The notes under the pieces: generated by a model
Databases searched by the model: none
Told to the model about the DNA's origin: nothing
The model's input: the letters and a program-made list of their open reading frames with translations, nothing else
Translations under genes and position numbers: made by a program
Source: Lama guanicoe
Lineage: Eukaryota
Assembly (NCBI GenBank): GCA_013239625.1
Contig: MU056000.1
Location: 12,723,175-12,787,174, forward strand
Length of the DNA: 64,000 nucleotides
Direction: 5' to 3'
Shown here: one piece after another, positions 23,621-37,904 of the stretch
How the letters are laid out: each line of letters begins with the position of its first letter
How positions within the stretch are numbered: position 1 is the stretch's first letter

Positions 23621-25909
23621 ACTGACAGTGCATTCTTTCATTTACAAAAATATAATGGATATCTGCAAAGGGCTAGGTGGTTAGTTGGGGCATTGGTATA
23701 TTCCTTCCCTTGAGACATAAAAGGTAGACATAAAAATTGCTAATTATAATATAATGTGATAAATAGATGTATGTTCAATGTCAGTGGAAGGTTAGTTTGA
23801 GTGCTGAGATTTGGCCCAAATCTTGAAGTGTCCATGGAGTTTTGTAAAGAAGATCCCATGTAGAATAGCATGATGGCCCAAAGGAGGAAGAGACTGTGCA
23901 ATATTAGGGTGGGGGAGAGGTATGGGGGAAAGTAAGGAAGTATAAGATGTTCTTTAGGTCCATGTGGACAAGGGATAGAAGAGGAAACGGGAAGAAGAAA
24001 AAGGTTTTAAGGTAGGTAGAGAAAAATTGCATATTTGAGCTGCCTCGTTCAAAGGGTAGAGTGAAGAACAGCAACCAAAGCCAGCGTGGGGAAGCCGGTT
24101 TCTTGAGGGTGTCTACACTGGAACACGGAAAGCAGAATTGAATCTTAGAAGGTGCTTGAAATAGAAGACTTCAAGGTGTCTTATTCATCATTGTGTCCTC
24201 CATGCCTGACATTGTATTTATATTCCTTAAAGGAAACTTCAAGTTGCTCACCATCAATAATGACAGTAAAAATGAAAAGAATAAGTTCTACTTTTTCAGG
24301 GAACTGGTTTAAAGAGAGATGGTTATAGTTGGAGAAGCCCTTTCTGACACTGACGTGAGGGTGGTTGTCTTTAAAACAGCCCCTCTACAGTCGTTCCGGG
24401 TCTCTGGGAGTGCCTTGGAGACACAGGTCATGCTGTCAGGGGGCCTGTATTATTGCTTTTTCCCCCCCTACCTGTATAGGTTTCAGCACGTCACCCAGTC
24501 TCTTGAGCAACTTGTCCGTAGCTATATCTTGGGATCAAATATACATGTGGGTAGTCCCAGAGCTGAATATCCACATCTCACTAGGGGCCCTTTAAGACTA
24601 AATCTGGAGCCACTGTTTCCCTTTCTATTTCACTATTCCAACCTTGAAAGCATCAGAAATGATGAAAAACAGTCTAACTTTTTTTTGTTTGTTTCCTGAA
24701 GGAATAGAATATGAAAGTCAGGAAAAAATCTGTTCTCTTGTTACAGTGCTAAATTTCACTTTTGGTAGAATACGCACAGGAATTGTCACCGGGATTGAAT
24801 GAGTGTAGCATTTCTTATAAAAGAGAGGGTGTCGTGCTTTTTGTGACCTGCCAAGGTTACCTGTTTGGTAATATCAAGGGTGATGGGAAAATATGAATAC
24901 GAAGGATGAGAGAAACTCAGGCATTGTAAAATGCACAGGAGATATTTCTTCCTGTGGATCTTAACTATCCTTAGAAGACCCTCTCTCAACAAGAAGCACA
25001 CAGCCAAGATAGAAGCTTGTTTTGCAGGGAGTGGGTGGGAGAGAGAAAAGAAAGGGGCATGAGGTGAAGATAAGCCTATTCCAAAGTGAAATCTTGTCAT
25101 TTTGCTGAGGGCGAAGGTGGCATCAGTTGCTTCAGCCATGAAGGAATCTGGGTTAATTATTACAACCAGAGAAGAAAAGAAATGTATTATTTAGTATTAA
25201 TTAATGACTTACTTGAGTTTTGTTTGTTTGGTATTTGGCTACACACAGAGTTAGCCTAGGACAATACATTGAGTTAAACAGGAAGTTCCATAAAATCTGT
25301 CTACTCCTCTGTTTAATCTGTCGGGTTCTTGGTGGTTTCAGGGAGAGAGGTGCTGTAAGTCAGACTCTCCCTGGAAGAGCCAATACCCATGCTGTGATTT
25401 CACAGAGTACAGTCATTTATTATTGAAGTTGATACATTAAAAATGCACAGCCAGCTTCCTAATGTTCTTGAGAAATCAGCTCTTTTCCTTTCTTTATTAG
25501 CATTTCTTTTTGTCTAAAAGACTAAAACTATTTTTATTTTTACAGGAATGGTGAGGATATGCTGTCTACTGGTGACTATGTGAAACTGGGACACAAACTT
25601 AAAAAGATGGTGTCCTATTTTTAATAATAAATGATGACAACTATTTTTTATACCCAACTTTCCCTACAGCTCTTAGCACTGTCGCTTCCTATTGTGACAT
25701 ATTAAAAGTGTGGAAATTCTAGATTTTTCTAAGCATCCACACTAGGAAGTGACTTGTGAAGATCATCAGAGAGGTGTGAAAGGAGGATGTCAGGGAGAAA
25801 GCAAAGAGAAAGTGTAAAGAAGCAAGAGATCTTTCTCTCGGAAGATCTTCTAGGGAAATCTTTCTGTGGGGACCAGTCCATCTATTTCAGGCTTTTTGGT
25901 TAGGGCTCC

Positions 25910-27265
25910 TGTCTTATTCTCTCACCCTCCTTATCCAACCCATTAGCAAATACTGTCGGTTCTGTCTTTAAAATTGATGTCTGGTTTGACAGGATCTTGC
26001 TATCTTCTTAGCTCTATTACTTTTTCACATGAGCAATTTCAATAGCTTATCTTCCCCCCCATTTCCACAGTTGACCTGTTATATCTTTTCTCTGTAGAAC
26101 AGCCTGGTCCCGAACTGAAGATCAGATCATATCAGTTTCTTGGCTGAAACTTCTCCCTGCCTCCCAGTCACTCTTAAGGTAAAATTCCAGCTCCTTACCA
26201 TGGTTCATGAGACCTCTGTTGGGCAGACTTCTAGAACGTCCCTCGATGATCCCTGCCCCTGGTATTCATGCTCTTACATAATTCCTTATGTAGTGCTTGG
26301 CCTAGACCCAGTCACTTGTTCTGACAAATAGAATAAAGCAGAGTGATGGGGCCTGACTTCTATGATTAGATTACAAAACTGTCACTTCTTTTGACTGGCA
26401 GACTCTACTTCTCCTCTGCTCACTTTGATGAGACAGGCTGCCATGTAGGAGAGGCCCACAAGATGAGGAACTGAAGGTAGCCTCTGGCCAACAACCAGTG
26501 AGATAGCGAAGTCCTCCGTCCAACAGCCCACAGGAAAGTGAATCTTGAATTCACAACCCTGTGAATGAGCTTGGAAGTGGAACCTTCTCGAGTTGAGACT
26601 TCAGAGGACCCCAGTTTGGGCCAACACCTTGAGTGCAGCCTGCAAGAGACTTTAAAGCAGAAGGTCCAGTCCAGCTGTGCATGGATTTATGATCTACAGC
26701 AACTGTGAGATAATAACAGATGTTGTTTCAAGTCTTGAGGTAATTTGTTACACAGCAATAGATAACTGATACATAGCCCTATAGGATCTGGTCCTTGGCT
26801 GCTTCTCAAACCTCACCTCCCATTACTTCTTTCCCAGTCACTTTTCTCCAACAGCTCTGACCTTATTTATTCTCCTTGGACACACCAAGCTTACTACAAT
26901 TCCATGGGCTTTATGCTTCTTGTTTCCTGTGTCTGGAATGCTCTTATCCTAAACCTTCACATGACTGTTCTTTCACACTTTCAGGCTTTGTTTCGATTGT
27001 CACCTTTACACAGAAGCTCTCTCTCTGACCTCCCTATGTGGAGAAGCTACAGCTACTTTCTCCCTTCGCCTCCTTTTTGTCCCCATCCCCTCCTCTGTTC
27101 CTTTATCCTGCATTATTTTCCTCCCTGCCCTTACTCATCTTTTTGTTTGCTCTTTATTGTCTGTCCCCTGCATTAGATGTTTAAGCTCCACGAGGGTCAG
27201 GGTTTGGTCTGTTCTCAGTGCTTAGAGTATATTATATACTCACTGATTAAACATTTATTGAACTA
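25910..27265 (+). mobile_element. LINE-2 3' region interrupted by an MLT1 LTR
   Basis: cagctccttaccatggttcatgagacctc [MLT1] ...ggatctggtccttggc...taagctccacgagggtcagggtttggtctg...aaacatttattgaa. Confidence 0.75.
26217..26773 (+). mobile_element. MLT1E/F-like MaLR solo LTR
   Basis: tgttgggcagacttctaga...ctggtattcatg...gaggaactgaaggtagcctctggccaac...gtaatttgttacacagcaatagataactgataca. Confidence 0.88.
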
Positions 27266-27526
27266 AGGGGTATATTTTACTACAACAAGAGGCTTTTCCT
27301 CATCTATAAAGTAATGATGTTGGAACAAATGCAATTTAATTCCTATCTATATCTAATCTTCTTGTTTTACGGCTATTATGGCAGAGAGACTAGACAGCAA
27401 ATCAAAATTAGACCAGAATGAGATTTGGGGCAAGGAAATTTTTTGGAGTGAAAAACATGGGGAGTGTGAGAGATTGTGGCTAGAGAGGATGTGAGACTGA
27501 TGCCCCTGAACAGACACCATCAGGTC

Positions 27527-27695
27527 CAGGGGTGGCCCCTAGAGCCTTCTGTGATACAGAAGTGGTCTCTTCTGTGCTGCCCAGTGCAGGAGTCATGAAC
27601 CACCACCTGTGGCTACTAAACTCTTGAAATGTGACTAGTATGACTGGGGATCTGAGTTTCCATTTTTATTTCATAAATGTAAATTTAACTGGCCC
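27527..27695 (+). mobile_element. MER3-like hAT-Charlie fragment
   Basis: cacctgtggctactaaactcttgaaatgtgactagtatgactgggga. Confidence 0.65.
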
Positions 27696-28539
27696 TTTTA
27701 GATTCTAAAGGATGTAATTCTTCTTTGGCACTCATATCTTACTTTCATAATCTGCTCCCAAATGAAAGGTAAGGGCATCCTAGGATGGCACAGTCAGATG
27801 GGTACACTGACTTCAGAGACTGCTAAATGACAAAAGAGGGTATGTCTTCTATGTACTGACCAGATTTATATCTAAAGAGCAAATTAGGAAAAGTACTTTT
27901 TGCATGGAACCAAAAAAGATTTGATGGACTAGTACTCAGTACCAATTAAGTGCTTTTCTGTAACAATGACAATTTGCCACGTGTTTGAATTTCTTCTCTC
28001 CCCTTATTTTACTTTTTAACGTGTTTTTGTTCCCATCGCTGTAGTTTTGAACCCTGGTGAAAATAATCAAAACAAGTGTTCAGGTTTTCTGCCACATTGA
28101 GTCCAAGTGTTGATTACCACCTAAGAATAGCTTTGTGGCTGATTCTGAACTTGAAATAATTCGTTTGATTCCTGTGTTCTTTGGATTTGTGAGGTCTCTT
28201 TTGTGATCTGGAATTTCAATCTCTGAGCTTCTGTATTTCTGCCCTTCTCATCTTAATTTTTGTCCCTTTTGCCTCCCCGGAGAGAATCTGAGCTGTCTTT
28301 TAGCAAGTGATAAATGCAATGAAATGACCACTGCCTCAGCTACACTTCCTACTCCAGGGAACTCCTCCTTAGTCCAGGCGCTTGGCTGTAACTCCTGGTT
28401 TCTTAAAGAGCCCACACCCTTATTTTTTCTTTCTTTGGTAGAGATGTTAAAGGACATGCTTATTTTTCTTGATAATAATAATAATGACTCAAGGAAGTTT
28501 TCCTTAATAACACATGAATGCAATGGCATCTGTGATAGG

Positions 28540-28740
28540 TGGTGTGTTACACAAGATTTGAGAAGAAAAGCCTGGGTTTAAATTTATGCTCTGCTACGTA
28601 TTCATATGTGACCTTGAGAAAGTTGCTAAACATCGCTGCTTAGTTTCCATTCTCTCACAGGCAAAACAGGAATGATAAAATGCATGTCTCCTGGTTGCTG
28701 TGAGAACTCCCTAAATTCCTATATGTGAAAACATTTCACA
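28540..28740 (+). mobile_element. MIR SINE
   Basis: gcctgggtttaaatttatgctctgctac...tgtgaccttgagaaagttgctaaac...ggttgctgtgagaact. Confidence 0.7.
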
Positions 28741-28879
28741 CACAGAGGGGGGCGGAGGTGATGTGAGACTAAATTAACAACCAACCAAAACATAGGGGAG
28801 CTCATTTTAGTTTTAGGAACTGTCTTTGAACTTGTTCTCTTGGGATGTTAATTAGGTCTTCCCCCATCGTGAATTCCCC

Positions 28880-29165
28880 CTTCTTACATGTGGGTCTCTC
28901 CTCAGATGTTGCCCTTCAGAGAGGACCTCCCTGACCTCTCCGTGTCTGTATCAAATTACCTTACTTTAAGCAAAGCTCTTAGTTGTGTCTGAAATGGTCA
29001 GATTTACTTATTAGTCTCTGTATGTATTAGCTGCCACTCTTCCCACACCCTTGAGGATATAAATTTCTTAAGGGTAGATATGCTGCTTTGTTTATTTCTG
29101 TATCCCCAGTGCCAGGAACATTGTCTACACATAGTAAGTGCTCAGTAAAGAATTGTTGACTGACA
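28880..29165 (+). mobile_element. LINE-2 3' end
   Basis: ctgtatccccagtgccaggaacattgtctacacatagtaagtgctcagtaaagaattgttga. Confidence 0.75.
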
Positions 29166-30504
29166 AATCCCCAGGAACACTCTTAAATTTGTCAGAAGCC
29201 AGCTGAGTTTTCCGTAATAGGCGATATTCACTGAATTTATGAACTTTCCCACATATTATTCACTTTAACAACTTGGCTGCGATGGAAGCCATATTTCCTT
29301 TCAGACTCATTATGGGAGGCTGTGGGAAATACAATTTGTCACCCTGAATCCAGGTTAAATATTTAGGCACAGAGTTCCACAGTTCACTGAAAAACCCTGT
29401 TGAATCCTTCACTGGATAGCATTACAGTCTATAATTTGTTAAGATAGATCTAGATGTATGTTTAGACTTGAAAAAGAAACATTTTAGTTCATTAGTGTCT
29501 ATATGTTACACTTTTATCACATAACCCTCAGTGGTGTTCTCTCTCTGCACGTTGTGCAAAAATTCTAATTTTGGACTGCATTTAATTAATAATTAAATAT
29601 TTTTATCATGCCACTCTTGCCAGCAAGAGTTGAAATAGTGGTCCATCAGCAAACATTTCAGAAAGTTTTCTCTTGCCATTTGCTAGTGCTCCAGCAAGGA
29701 GAATTTTTTTGCTGTGATGGGCACCCAGCTTTCCCAAGCTCTGGGGAGCAGAAGGAATTTCTGGTGCCCCTAATGGGACACTATTCCTAGAGAATGCCTG
29801 TAATTTGCTGCTTAAAATGTCCAGCTGACAAAGAGAAAAATGCGCAAAGTAACACAGTGATTCAGTAGCAGAAGAATTACTAGAATTGACCCCCGTTTTG
29901 GGGCCGGACTACTGATATTCTGGCATTAATTGACAAATTCAAGGCATTTTCTTGTGCAGAGGTTTTTATTATTCTTAGTGGACCTTCAAGCTGGACAAAC
30001 TCCTCTGAGTCACATGACGTATCAGTTGTAGAGAAATTCTCAAGGGTCTCTTGTGCTCTGAGGATTTGTAGGGAGCATTGTACACGTTCCCGTACATAAA
30101 TTAACCTACAGTGTTCATTCCATTGCTTTCACATGCTCATGTGTTGGGGCCCTCTGATGGTTAATTCATGAACCACCATGTTAAATAAAAACAGGAAGAG
30201 TTTTTTTTTTTTTCCTTACCACGTGGTCCATGAGTGACAATGGCATACTGGCAACTGGCACATCTGTTTTGAGTTACTGGTATTTAAAAAGAAATAAAAT
30301 AAGGGGCTGAATTTATGTATTTTTTGGTAACATATTTATAATGCTTTTGAACTAAAATTATCTTCGTAAATGATGCTATCAGGTAATCAAAATTCTTAAT
30401 ATGTCTCTCTTTCTGTGAGCCCGGGGATGCAGGAGAGTGAAAGAGCAACAGAGCAAAATGCAGTTAGTCTGGAGACCGCGCTGTGTTTGCCCACTGCTCT
30501 GCCT

Positions 30505-31730
30505 GACTTGGTCTTTAGCTTCAGAAGTTTAACTAAGGTGCTTTTTGGTATGGATTTCTTTTGGTTTATCATGTTGTGGTTCACTCCGCTTTTTGAATTT
30601 ACACATTTATAACTTTTGCCAAGTTGGGAAGGTTTGAGCCATTATGTCTTTGAGTATTTTTCTCATCTTTATCAATGACTCAAATGGCATGAATATTAAA
30701 AATTTTGTTATGTAGTCCCATAGGTCTCAGACTATGGTAATTTTTTTTTCAATCTATTCTCCCTCTCTCTTTTCAGATTTGACAATTTAATTTATATTGC
30801 TTTATCTTTGAGCTTACTGATCCTTTTCTCTATCCCCTCCATTCTGCTGTTGAGCCCAACCACTGAAATTTTTTTTCTAGCTATCTTATTTTTCTGTTCA
30901 AAAATTCCCATTCGATCCTGCCTTACAGATTTTATTTATTTGATGAGACATTTTTTTTTCCCCATTTGTCTCAAGTGTGTTTGTAATTGCTTGTTAAAGC
31001 AAAATCTCAAACAACTCCAACATCTTTATCATGTTGGTGTTGGGGCTCTTTGTTACTGCTGGATGATGGCTGAGATTTCCCCAGTAGATCTCCACTGACA
31101 CCTTCCTGGCTGGGAGGGCTAAGAGTAACTCATTACTGCGGCACCCATGACCACACAGAGCAGTGCGGTGGCCTCATTACTGCTAGGGGGTGGTGCAAGT
31201 TCTGACTCTCCCAAGACCTCCTCTGACACCTCCCTTTTACCAGCGGTGGGACTCCACTGAACCCATTGTGGGTGGGGTCCTTGTTACAGCGGTGAAGGTG
31301 GAAGTCCTTGTTCCTCACTTAGTCTTTGTTGAAGTGTGTGAGAGTGAGCCACAGATTTTTTTTCTCCCTTATATTTGGCTGGAGTCGAGTGCTTTTTGTT
31401 TAAAAATATACCCATTTCCTGGTCTTTGTCTAGAGAGATCAAGCTTTTATTGGGGATTTTTTTTTTTTTTCGGTCTGCTTTCATTGAAACTTTTCCAGAT
31501 TGTCAACTTCAATTTCTTTAGCTCCGAATCTGGGATATATGAGGTAACAAGAAATCCAGGGAACTCACAACTGGGTGAGTCCTCAAATCCCAAGGTCCAT
31601 AGCTTATCTGCTCTCTACTCGCCACATTTCAAAGTTTTCTGACATTTTTTATAGATAATGTCCGGGGGTTTTAATTGTACCTAGTGGAGGCATAGGGAAA
31701 AGTGTGTTTACTCCATCTTCCTATAAGTAA
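30505..31730 (-). mobile_element. Old L1 (L1MD/L1MC-like) 5' end and ORF1 remnants
   Basis: ggatttcttttggtttatc...tttgccaagttgggaaggttt (antisense ORF1); gtagatctccactgacacc...; terminal gggaaaagtgtgtttactccatcttcc (antisense of the L1 start GGAAGATGGAGTA). Confidence 0.7.
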
Positions 31731-31958
31731 ATCCTTACATGATTTCATTTTTACTTTTATTTATTTATTTTCTTTCACAAATACATTTTTGAAGCATTCA
31801 GAATTTATTTTGGTGTAAAGAGTAAGATAGAGACCAAGTAAAGCAACTGCTTTTCCCTTCTTGTTTCATCTTTCAAGATTTCCTTTAAAATTCTCCTTTG
31901 GTCCCAGGTAGTTAGTCATCCAGGATGACTCAAGCATCCCTTTATGTTTCATACTTAC

Positions 31959-32015
31959 CTGCATGAGCGCTTTTCTTGCCATGTGATATAATGGTTTGCT
32001 TTCCTATGTGATATC
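31959..32015 (-). other. Candidate 57-nt minus-strand exon (next to/within an L2 remnant)
   Basis: Minus strand: ccactacctttcag|GATATC...CATGCAG|gtaagtat (perfect donor). Confidence 0.3.
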
Positions 32016-32347
32016 CTGAAAGGTAGTGGATAATTTTTGGATCTTTCCTGTCCTTTCTTTTCTGCCAGCAATTAGGCCCGTGGCTGGCAAGGAGAAGACA
32101 CTTAGCTGATGTTTGTTGAATGACTGAATGAAGGAGAGAATGCTTTACCTTCAGCTGCAGTTCCTTGCATCCCTTGGACATCCAAATGAGCAACTTCTCA
32201 CCTTTGATTATAGCAGAGTTTTTCTGGTGATACTGGATCTTAGCTTGGGCAGCCGGTGTAAAACCACCTCCAGAAAGGCCTGGGAAAGGAAAGGAAGGAC
32301 AGATATTGGACTTGACTTGGATGTTCTTAAATAAAATTCTGTCCAAG

Positions 32348-32608
32348 TTATGACTTCACGTATATGAAGTTCAAGAATAGGCCAAACAAATCAGTGGTGA
32401 TTAAAGTCAGGGTTCTGCTTCCCTCTGGGGTTGGGGTGGGGAATTGACTGGGAAGGGGAATGAGGAAACCTTCTGAGATTCTGGAAATGTTCTGTATCTT
32501 GACCTGCATGGTAATTACATGGGTGTACACATGTAAAAAATTAATGGAGTTGTACACTTAAGACTAGTGCACTTTCGAGTGTGTGTTTTATACCTCAATA
32601 AAAAAAAT
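32348..32608 (+). mobile_element. L1ME-like 3' end
   Basis: gaattgactgggaaggggaatgaggaaaccttctgagattctggaaatgttctgtatcttga...ttatacctcaataaaaaaaa. Confidence 0.85.
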
Positions 32609-32659
32609 CAGTACAAGGCAAAAATAAAGATTGGGACCAAGCATTATTTTTTCTCTCCA

Positions 32660-33260
32660 AAAACCAGCCAATTATCTTAATGGCATCTATTAAATAATCC
32701 AACTTTTTCTCAGAGGTTTAAAGTGTCACCTTTATAATGTATTGGATTCCTGTATATATTTGGAGATATTTCTGAACTCTGTACTCTGTACTTTGATCTA
32801 TCTGTCTGGCCACCAGTACTGAAATATTTTAATTATTTTGCTACCTGAAAGGTCTGATTTATCCTTATGATTCTTTATCAGGAATTTTATGAATATTCCT
32901 GTATTTTGTTTTCCAGGATGAATTTTAGAATGAGCTTGCCCATTAGAAAGAAAAAGCCTTCTTTTTGTTGCATCATATTGGGAATATTGACTATATGAAT
33001 ACATTTAGGGAGAACTGAGCCATTTAAAATATTTAGTCTTTCTCTATGAGGGCATGGTATTTAATTTATTGATCTCTTATGTATCTCAGGAGAGTTTTAA
33101 TATTTTCTTCACAAAACTTTTACAAAAGTTTTATTAAGTTTATTCTTTATTAGCTATTTTATTCTTTCTTTAGGCTGTCACAGTAAATGAGATCTTTTTT
33201 TATGTTATTTTCTGTTGTAAATTGCCTTCTTTGAGTTTTCTTTTATAATTAGCTATTTTG
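32660..33260 (-). mobile_element. Highly diverged L1 ORF2 remnant
   Basis: tccaggatgaattttagaatgagcttg...atttaggggagaactgagccatttaaaatatttagtctt. Confidence 0.55.
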
Positions 33261-34829
33261 TCTATGTTTGGTGATTCAGTTTTGGATTAATTTTTTTTCT
33301 TTCAATAATTTAGAATTATTTCAATTTGCTTTTAGAATGCAGCTAAATCCTATTTTGGATTTTCTTTTTCAGTTAGAAAATACCTATTGTCTTTCCCTAT
33401 AAAGGTGAGAACCCTGGCAAAATTTTAATATCTTTTACTTCCTTCCCTGCAACTCAAATTTGGCTGGCAGATCTGTATTTTCTTTATTTATCACCTTTAA
33501 GTAATCCCTTTAAGTGAATTCTGGACTCTTCACAGTCAGTTCTTTTAAACATATCTATTTCTCGGAGCCAAGACATTTTGACCTATAGCTTCCTCTGAAG
33601 GGGAGTGTAGTGTTCTACCCTTTGTTGTGGGTAAGAGTTTGGGTAGAAATGTAGGAAAGTCTTGGGGAAAGACTGTGAAGGTGTTAGATCTTTGGTTTCC
33701 CAGAAGGAAGGTCAGTTTTGACCTTCCTAATTATCATTTGTCCCAATTTAAAAAAAAAAAAACGCTAGTAGTCCAGACATTAAGGACCTCCTGTGTTTTG
33801 CTTGTAATATTGAGAAACTGTTGGGCTTCTGAATCTATTTTGCAGCAGATCCACATATGATTGTGACTAGGGCCACGTACAATTCTTTACAAAAGAGAAG
33901 AAAGCAATTAGACCTATTGTGTTCTGGGACTATGCAGGGCACTTTACATACTCTTTCATTTAATCCTTGAGAGCAAGCGAACATGCACAAAAACAAAAAT
34001 CCCCCTTTAATTCCGGCTCTTTCCACTGCTGTGATGGCCACTTCCTGCCCTAATACACCCTCTTTCTCGTGGATGCCAATATTTTTACTTAGGGCCTCTT
34101 TCTTTTTTCCAAGACTTTGATCCTTTACAAAATATGAATCAGACATTTTCCAGTATTTAAATGTATTACCAGTTCCTTGCACATCAATATGGATGACATG
34201 AGCAGAGAATTTAGCCAATAATGTGCGATCTAGGCACTTTAAGAACAGTGTCAGAGATTTTGAGCAGGAAAATAGCAAAGAATGAGGAAGACAGGGGAAC
34301 TGAATATAAAATATTTCCCACTTTTGTCTTAGAATAAACCTGTGTAAGTGCTGAGATGGAGGTTTGTATCAATAAATACATGTCTTCTAATTACCAGTTC
34401 TGTCTAAAGAAGGGAAAATGCATTAGGTTACAAAACCTAAAGAGTGAGGATAGAGAGGACAAGGTCAGAAATAGATAAGGAGAAATCCCTGAAGATGAAG
34501 AGGATGCTGGAGGCATCAAAGGTCCTAGAACAGGAGTAGGTATCACCAGAGAGGGTGGTTATAGGTGATGTAACGGGAGGGGACCTGGGAAGCACTCCCT
34601 TTACTTCCATTCCTACTCCTGGTCCTTGTGTCCATTGCCTACGACCCCAACTTGAGTGGACATTTCTACCCGCAGCTTGTCTTTTCCTGCTTGAGTTCAC
34701 TTCAGTTCAGCTCATCCTGGGTCTAGACAATCATTACATGTGATCTTTGGGAATCATAGGCTAGATTATTCACTGAACATTAGTTAAGGCTATTCCTTTC
34801 ATCTAAAAAGATTTTTAAAAATTAATTCA

Positions 34830-35252
34830 CTAATTAATTGATTTATTTATTGATGTATAGTCAGATACAATGTGTCAATATCTGGTGTACAGCACAATGT
34901 CCCAGTCATGCATATACATATATATATTAGCTTTCATATTCTTTTTCATTAAAGGTTATTACAAGATATTGAATATATTTCCTTGTGCTGTACAGAAGAT
35001 ATTCGTTTTTTAAAATCTATTTTTATATATAGTGGCTAACATTTGCAAGTGTCAAACTCCCACAGTTACCCCTTCCCACCCACTTTCCCTGGTAACCATA
35101 AGACTGTTTACTATGTCTGTGAGTCTGTTTCTGTTTCATAGGTGAGTTCATTAATGTCTTCTTTTTTTTTTTTTTTTTTTTTTTAGATTCCACATATGAA
35201 TGATATCATATGGTATTTTTTTTCTCTTTCTGGCTTACTTCACTTAGAATGA
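34830..35252 (-). mobile_element. Camelid-type L1 3' end
   Basis: tatctggtgtacagcacaatgtcccagtcatgcatatac...ggtaaccataag...tagattccacatatgaatgatatcatatggtatt...ctggcttacttcacttagaatga. Confidence 0.88.
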
Positions 35253-36721
35253 AATGTTTTCTTAATCATTTTCGCAAATTATTCAAAGATTTCCTTTCAG
35301 TGGTGGCCCTGATCAGTCTAGCTAGAAACCCTCGGTTCCATGGCTCTCATTCCCACTGCCTTGCCGACAGTAGGTCCCATGCTGTCTAATGCTTTGTTGG
35401 GGTTTTCCTACAACTGCCAGACTGTAGACATTTTCCCTGTGGGGCTGTGCCTTAAATAATTATCTGTAACCTTATACCATGGGTAGAGATAGAAATTTCT
35501 CTCCTCTGAAGCAAATTATCTGCTTCTGTTACAGATTCCTACTCTTTTTGTACAATTTTCTAGAATGTTTAGTCTTTCCATTCTTCACTAGTTTTGGGAT
35601 TTTTCTCTTGGCACCTCAGCCTCTCAAGAGTCTCTCATCTTTGAAAACCTAAGCAGAGAAAGAAACACAGCCCCCCCCCCCCCGCCACAGCATTTGTGAT
35701 GGAGTAGGTGAGAATAGGAACCTGTTATCATAATCCTACCCATCTCACTCTGGACTAGGGTAGCTGACTCTTGTGTGTCCTCTGAGGTCCCTGGACACGT
35801 CTGTTTCTATCAGTGCTCTTGTCAAACACCACTGTAATTGCGCATTTATTCATCTTTTTTCTTTACTTACAAAGACCTGTCACTGCTCTGAGAAAAGTGA
35901 TTTTTTCTTAATATTTCTTTGTTTTTCTTAAAACTAGCACAACAACTTTTTAAAAGTGAATAAACGAAACTCCAATCTAATGAAAACATCAATTATTGTA
36001 ATCTATTGTAATTCTAAGAGCTGTTCATAGGCAGACATAATCTTCGTTACTGTGCCTACATTTTTATAGTGTGCCATTAATCTTTATAGAATATTGATTC
36101 ACAGTCTTCATACTTTTATTTTAAGTGTAGGAATGATATTTCATTAAATTGATGTGATATCCTTTATTTGTGTGTTCTTCTATTGCTGGCCACTTTAACT
36201 ATAAGCATTTCTTTTTATTTACAAAGACACTGATTCTACAGATCTGACATGACATGTTCCCCCATCACTAACAACTGGGTGCTGAGTGGAAAACTTGGAT
36301 CTTACACAAGGAAGGTGCACTGTCATCTGGCCTGGCCTGGATAGGGAAAGAGGATGACATATTCAAACCTAATTTTCTCTTTCATCATTTCATATTTCTT
36401 GTAATATTTGATTTTTTAGAATTATTAAAATGAAAGCCATGCCAAAAGCAAGGAATGAATGCTGGCACATCATCTTAGCACTACTGAAGCATGTCCGTTA
36501 AAATTGGACTCATATCCTGTTTTTGTTGAAATCTGTCCCAAGTTTCAGCTTAGAACACACTGGCACTTGGGTTCTTCATTTTTAACCTGAACAAATGCCC
36601 GTGATGGATTGTCCTGTTCGCTGTTGCTCTGGGTTTGCTCCCACTGAAGCAGTTGCTGGTGGTTGAATGCTGACTGAGGTAAGAGAGCTCTGTTTTGCCC
36701 CACAAACGAGGTATCAGACTG

Positions 36722-37045
36722 CGTTATGGACTGAAACCCTAACCCTCAATGGGATGGTAATGGGGGGAAGGCCTTTGGGAGGTAACCAGGTTTAGATGAG
36801 GTCCTGAGGGTGAGTCCATCGTGATGAGATCAGTATCCTTATAAGAAAAGAGTCTAGTGCTCTCTCTGCCATGTGAACACACAGTGGGAAGGCAGCTGTC
36901 TGCAAATCAGGAAGAGGGCTCTCATTAGGAATGAAATTAATTGACACCTTGATCTTGGAATTCTCAGCCTCCAGAAATAAATATCTGTGGTTTAAGTAAT
37001 CCAGTCTATGGTAATTTGTCGTAGAAGCCTGAGCTGACTAAGACA
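36722..37045 (+). mobile_element. MLT1A-type solo LTR with TSD
   Basis: gttatggactgaa...gcctttgggaggtaacc...gacaccttgatcttggaattctcagcctccaga...gctgactaagaca; exact 5-bp TSD gactg (36717-36721, 37046-37050). Confidence 0.9.
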
Positions 37046-37904
37046 GACTGGATAAACTGGAAGAAGGTGGTTCCAGCCATTTGGAGTATATAGAAAATGC
37101 TCAAGACCTCAAAATTTCAAAAATTCCTTCATATTTTGTACAATTTGGATTCCAAGGTTATTCATCTGTCATTTAGCTTTGGAATTGACAACTTTTTTAA
37201 AATGCAAGGTTCCTCAAGCATACGCTTCTAGATGTGACTGGGTTAGCACTGAGAAGTGGGCCTACTATGTTTCTAATTCTGACCCACATTGTCCAAGAGT
37301 ATAGCCAAATTTTGCATTTTTGTTTCTTTTTAGCAACCTCACCATTATTCAAAAATTCAATTCAACAATCATTTGTAATAAATGATGTTAACTCTGTCCT
37401 TTTCAAGGCAATGCCCTTAGGTTTTAAAATGTGGAGTCAGGGGCACAAAGGTGCTCATTGGGAGTGAGAATTTCAAGCCTACAGGAAGAGGGGAAGGTGT
37501 CCTTACAGGGCAGTGGCAGAGTTTCTTCTGGACAGACAGGGTTTCATCCATCTCAACTCACTCCATATGCTTCGTTCACTCAGCCTAGGCATGTGGCCAA
37601 CCTTGATTAGCACAACTTGACCTCATGTTGCTCCTGCTAGTCTTTGTGAGAGAAAAATCTCATCTCCCTGTAGCAACTGCATGTCCGGTTGACAATGAAA
37701 TGCTTATTACTTGTTTGTGCATTAATTAATTAATTCATTAATTCTTCCTGCTAATTCTGAGTTTCCAGTAAAAGTCCAATACTTTTGAAAATATAAAGGA
37801 GCATATAAAATACTCTTTTATGATTAGACTGCAGTTGAAAAATGTTAAATTGACTTTAATCAAATGTCAAAAAATTTTTTTGAGGGAAGTTGCTAAATCT
37901 GGGT

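Noticed and set aside
25520..25556. Plus-strand 5-nt micro-exon pattern (tttttacag|GAATG|gtgagg)
   Set aside because: Too short to distinguish from chance and no partner exons found.
31190..31642. 150-aa ORF, the longest after RNF167
   Set aside because: Lies antisense within a decayed L1 5' region; GTG start; no protein-like features.
31951..31970. ATACTTACCTG, identical to the U1 snRNA 5' end
   Set aside because: Similarity stops after 11 nt; it is simply the complement of a splice donor.
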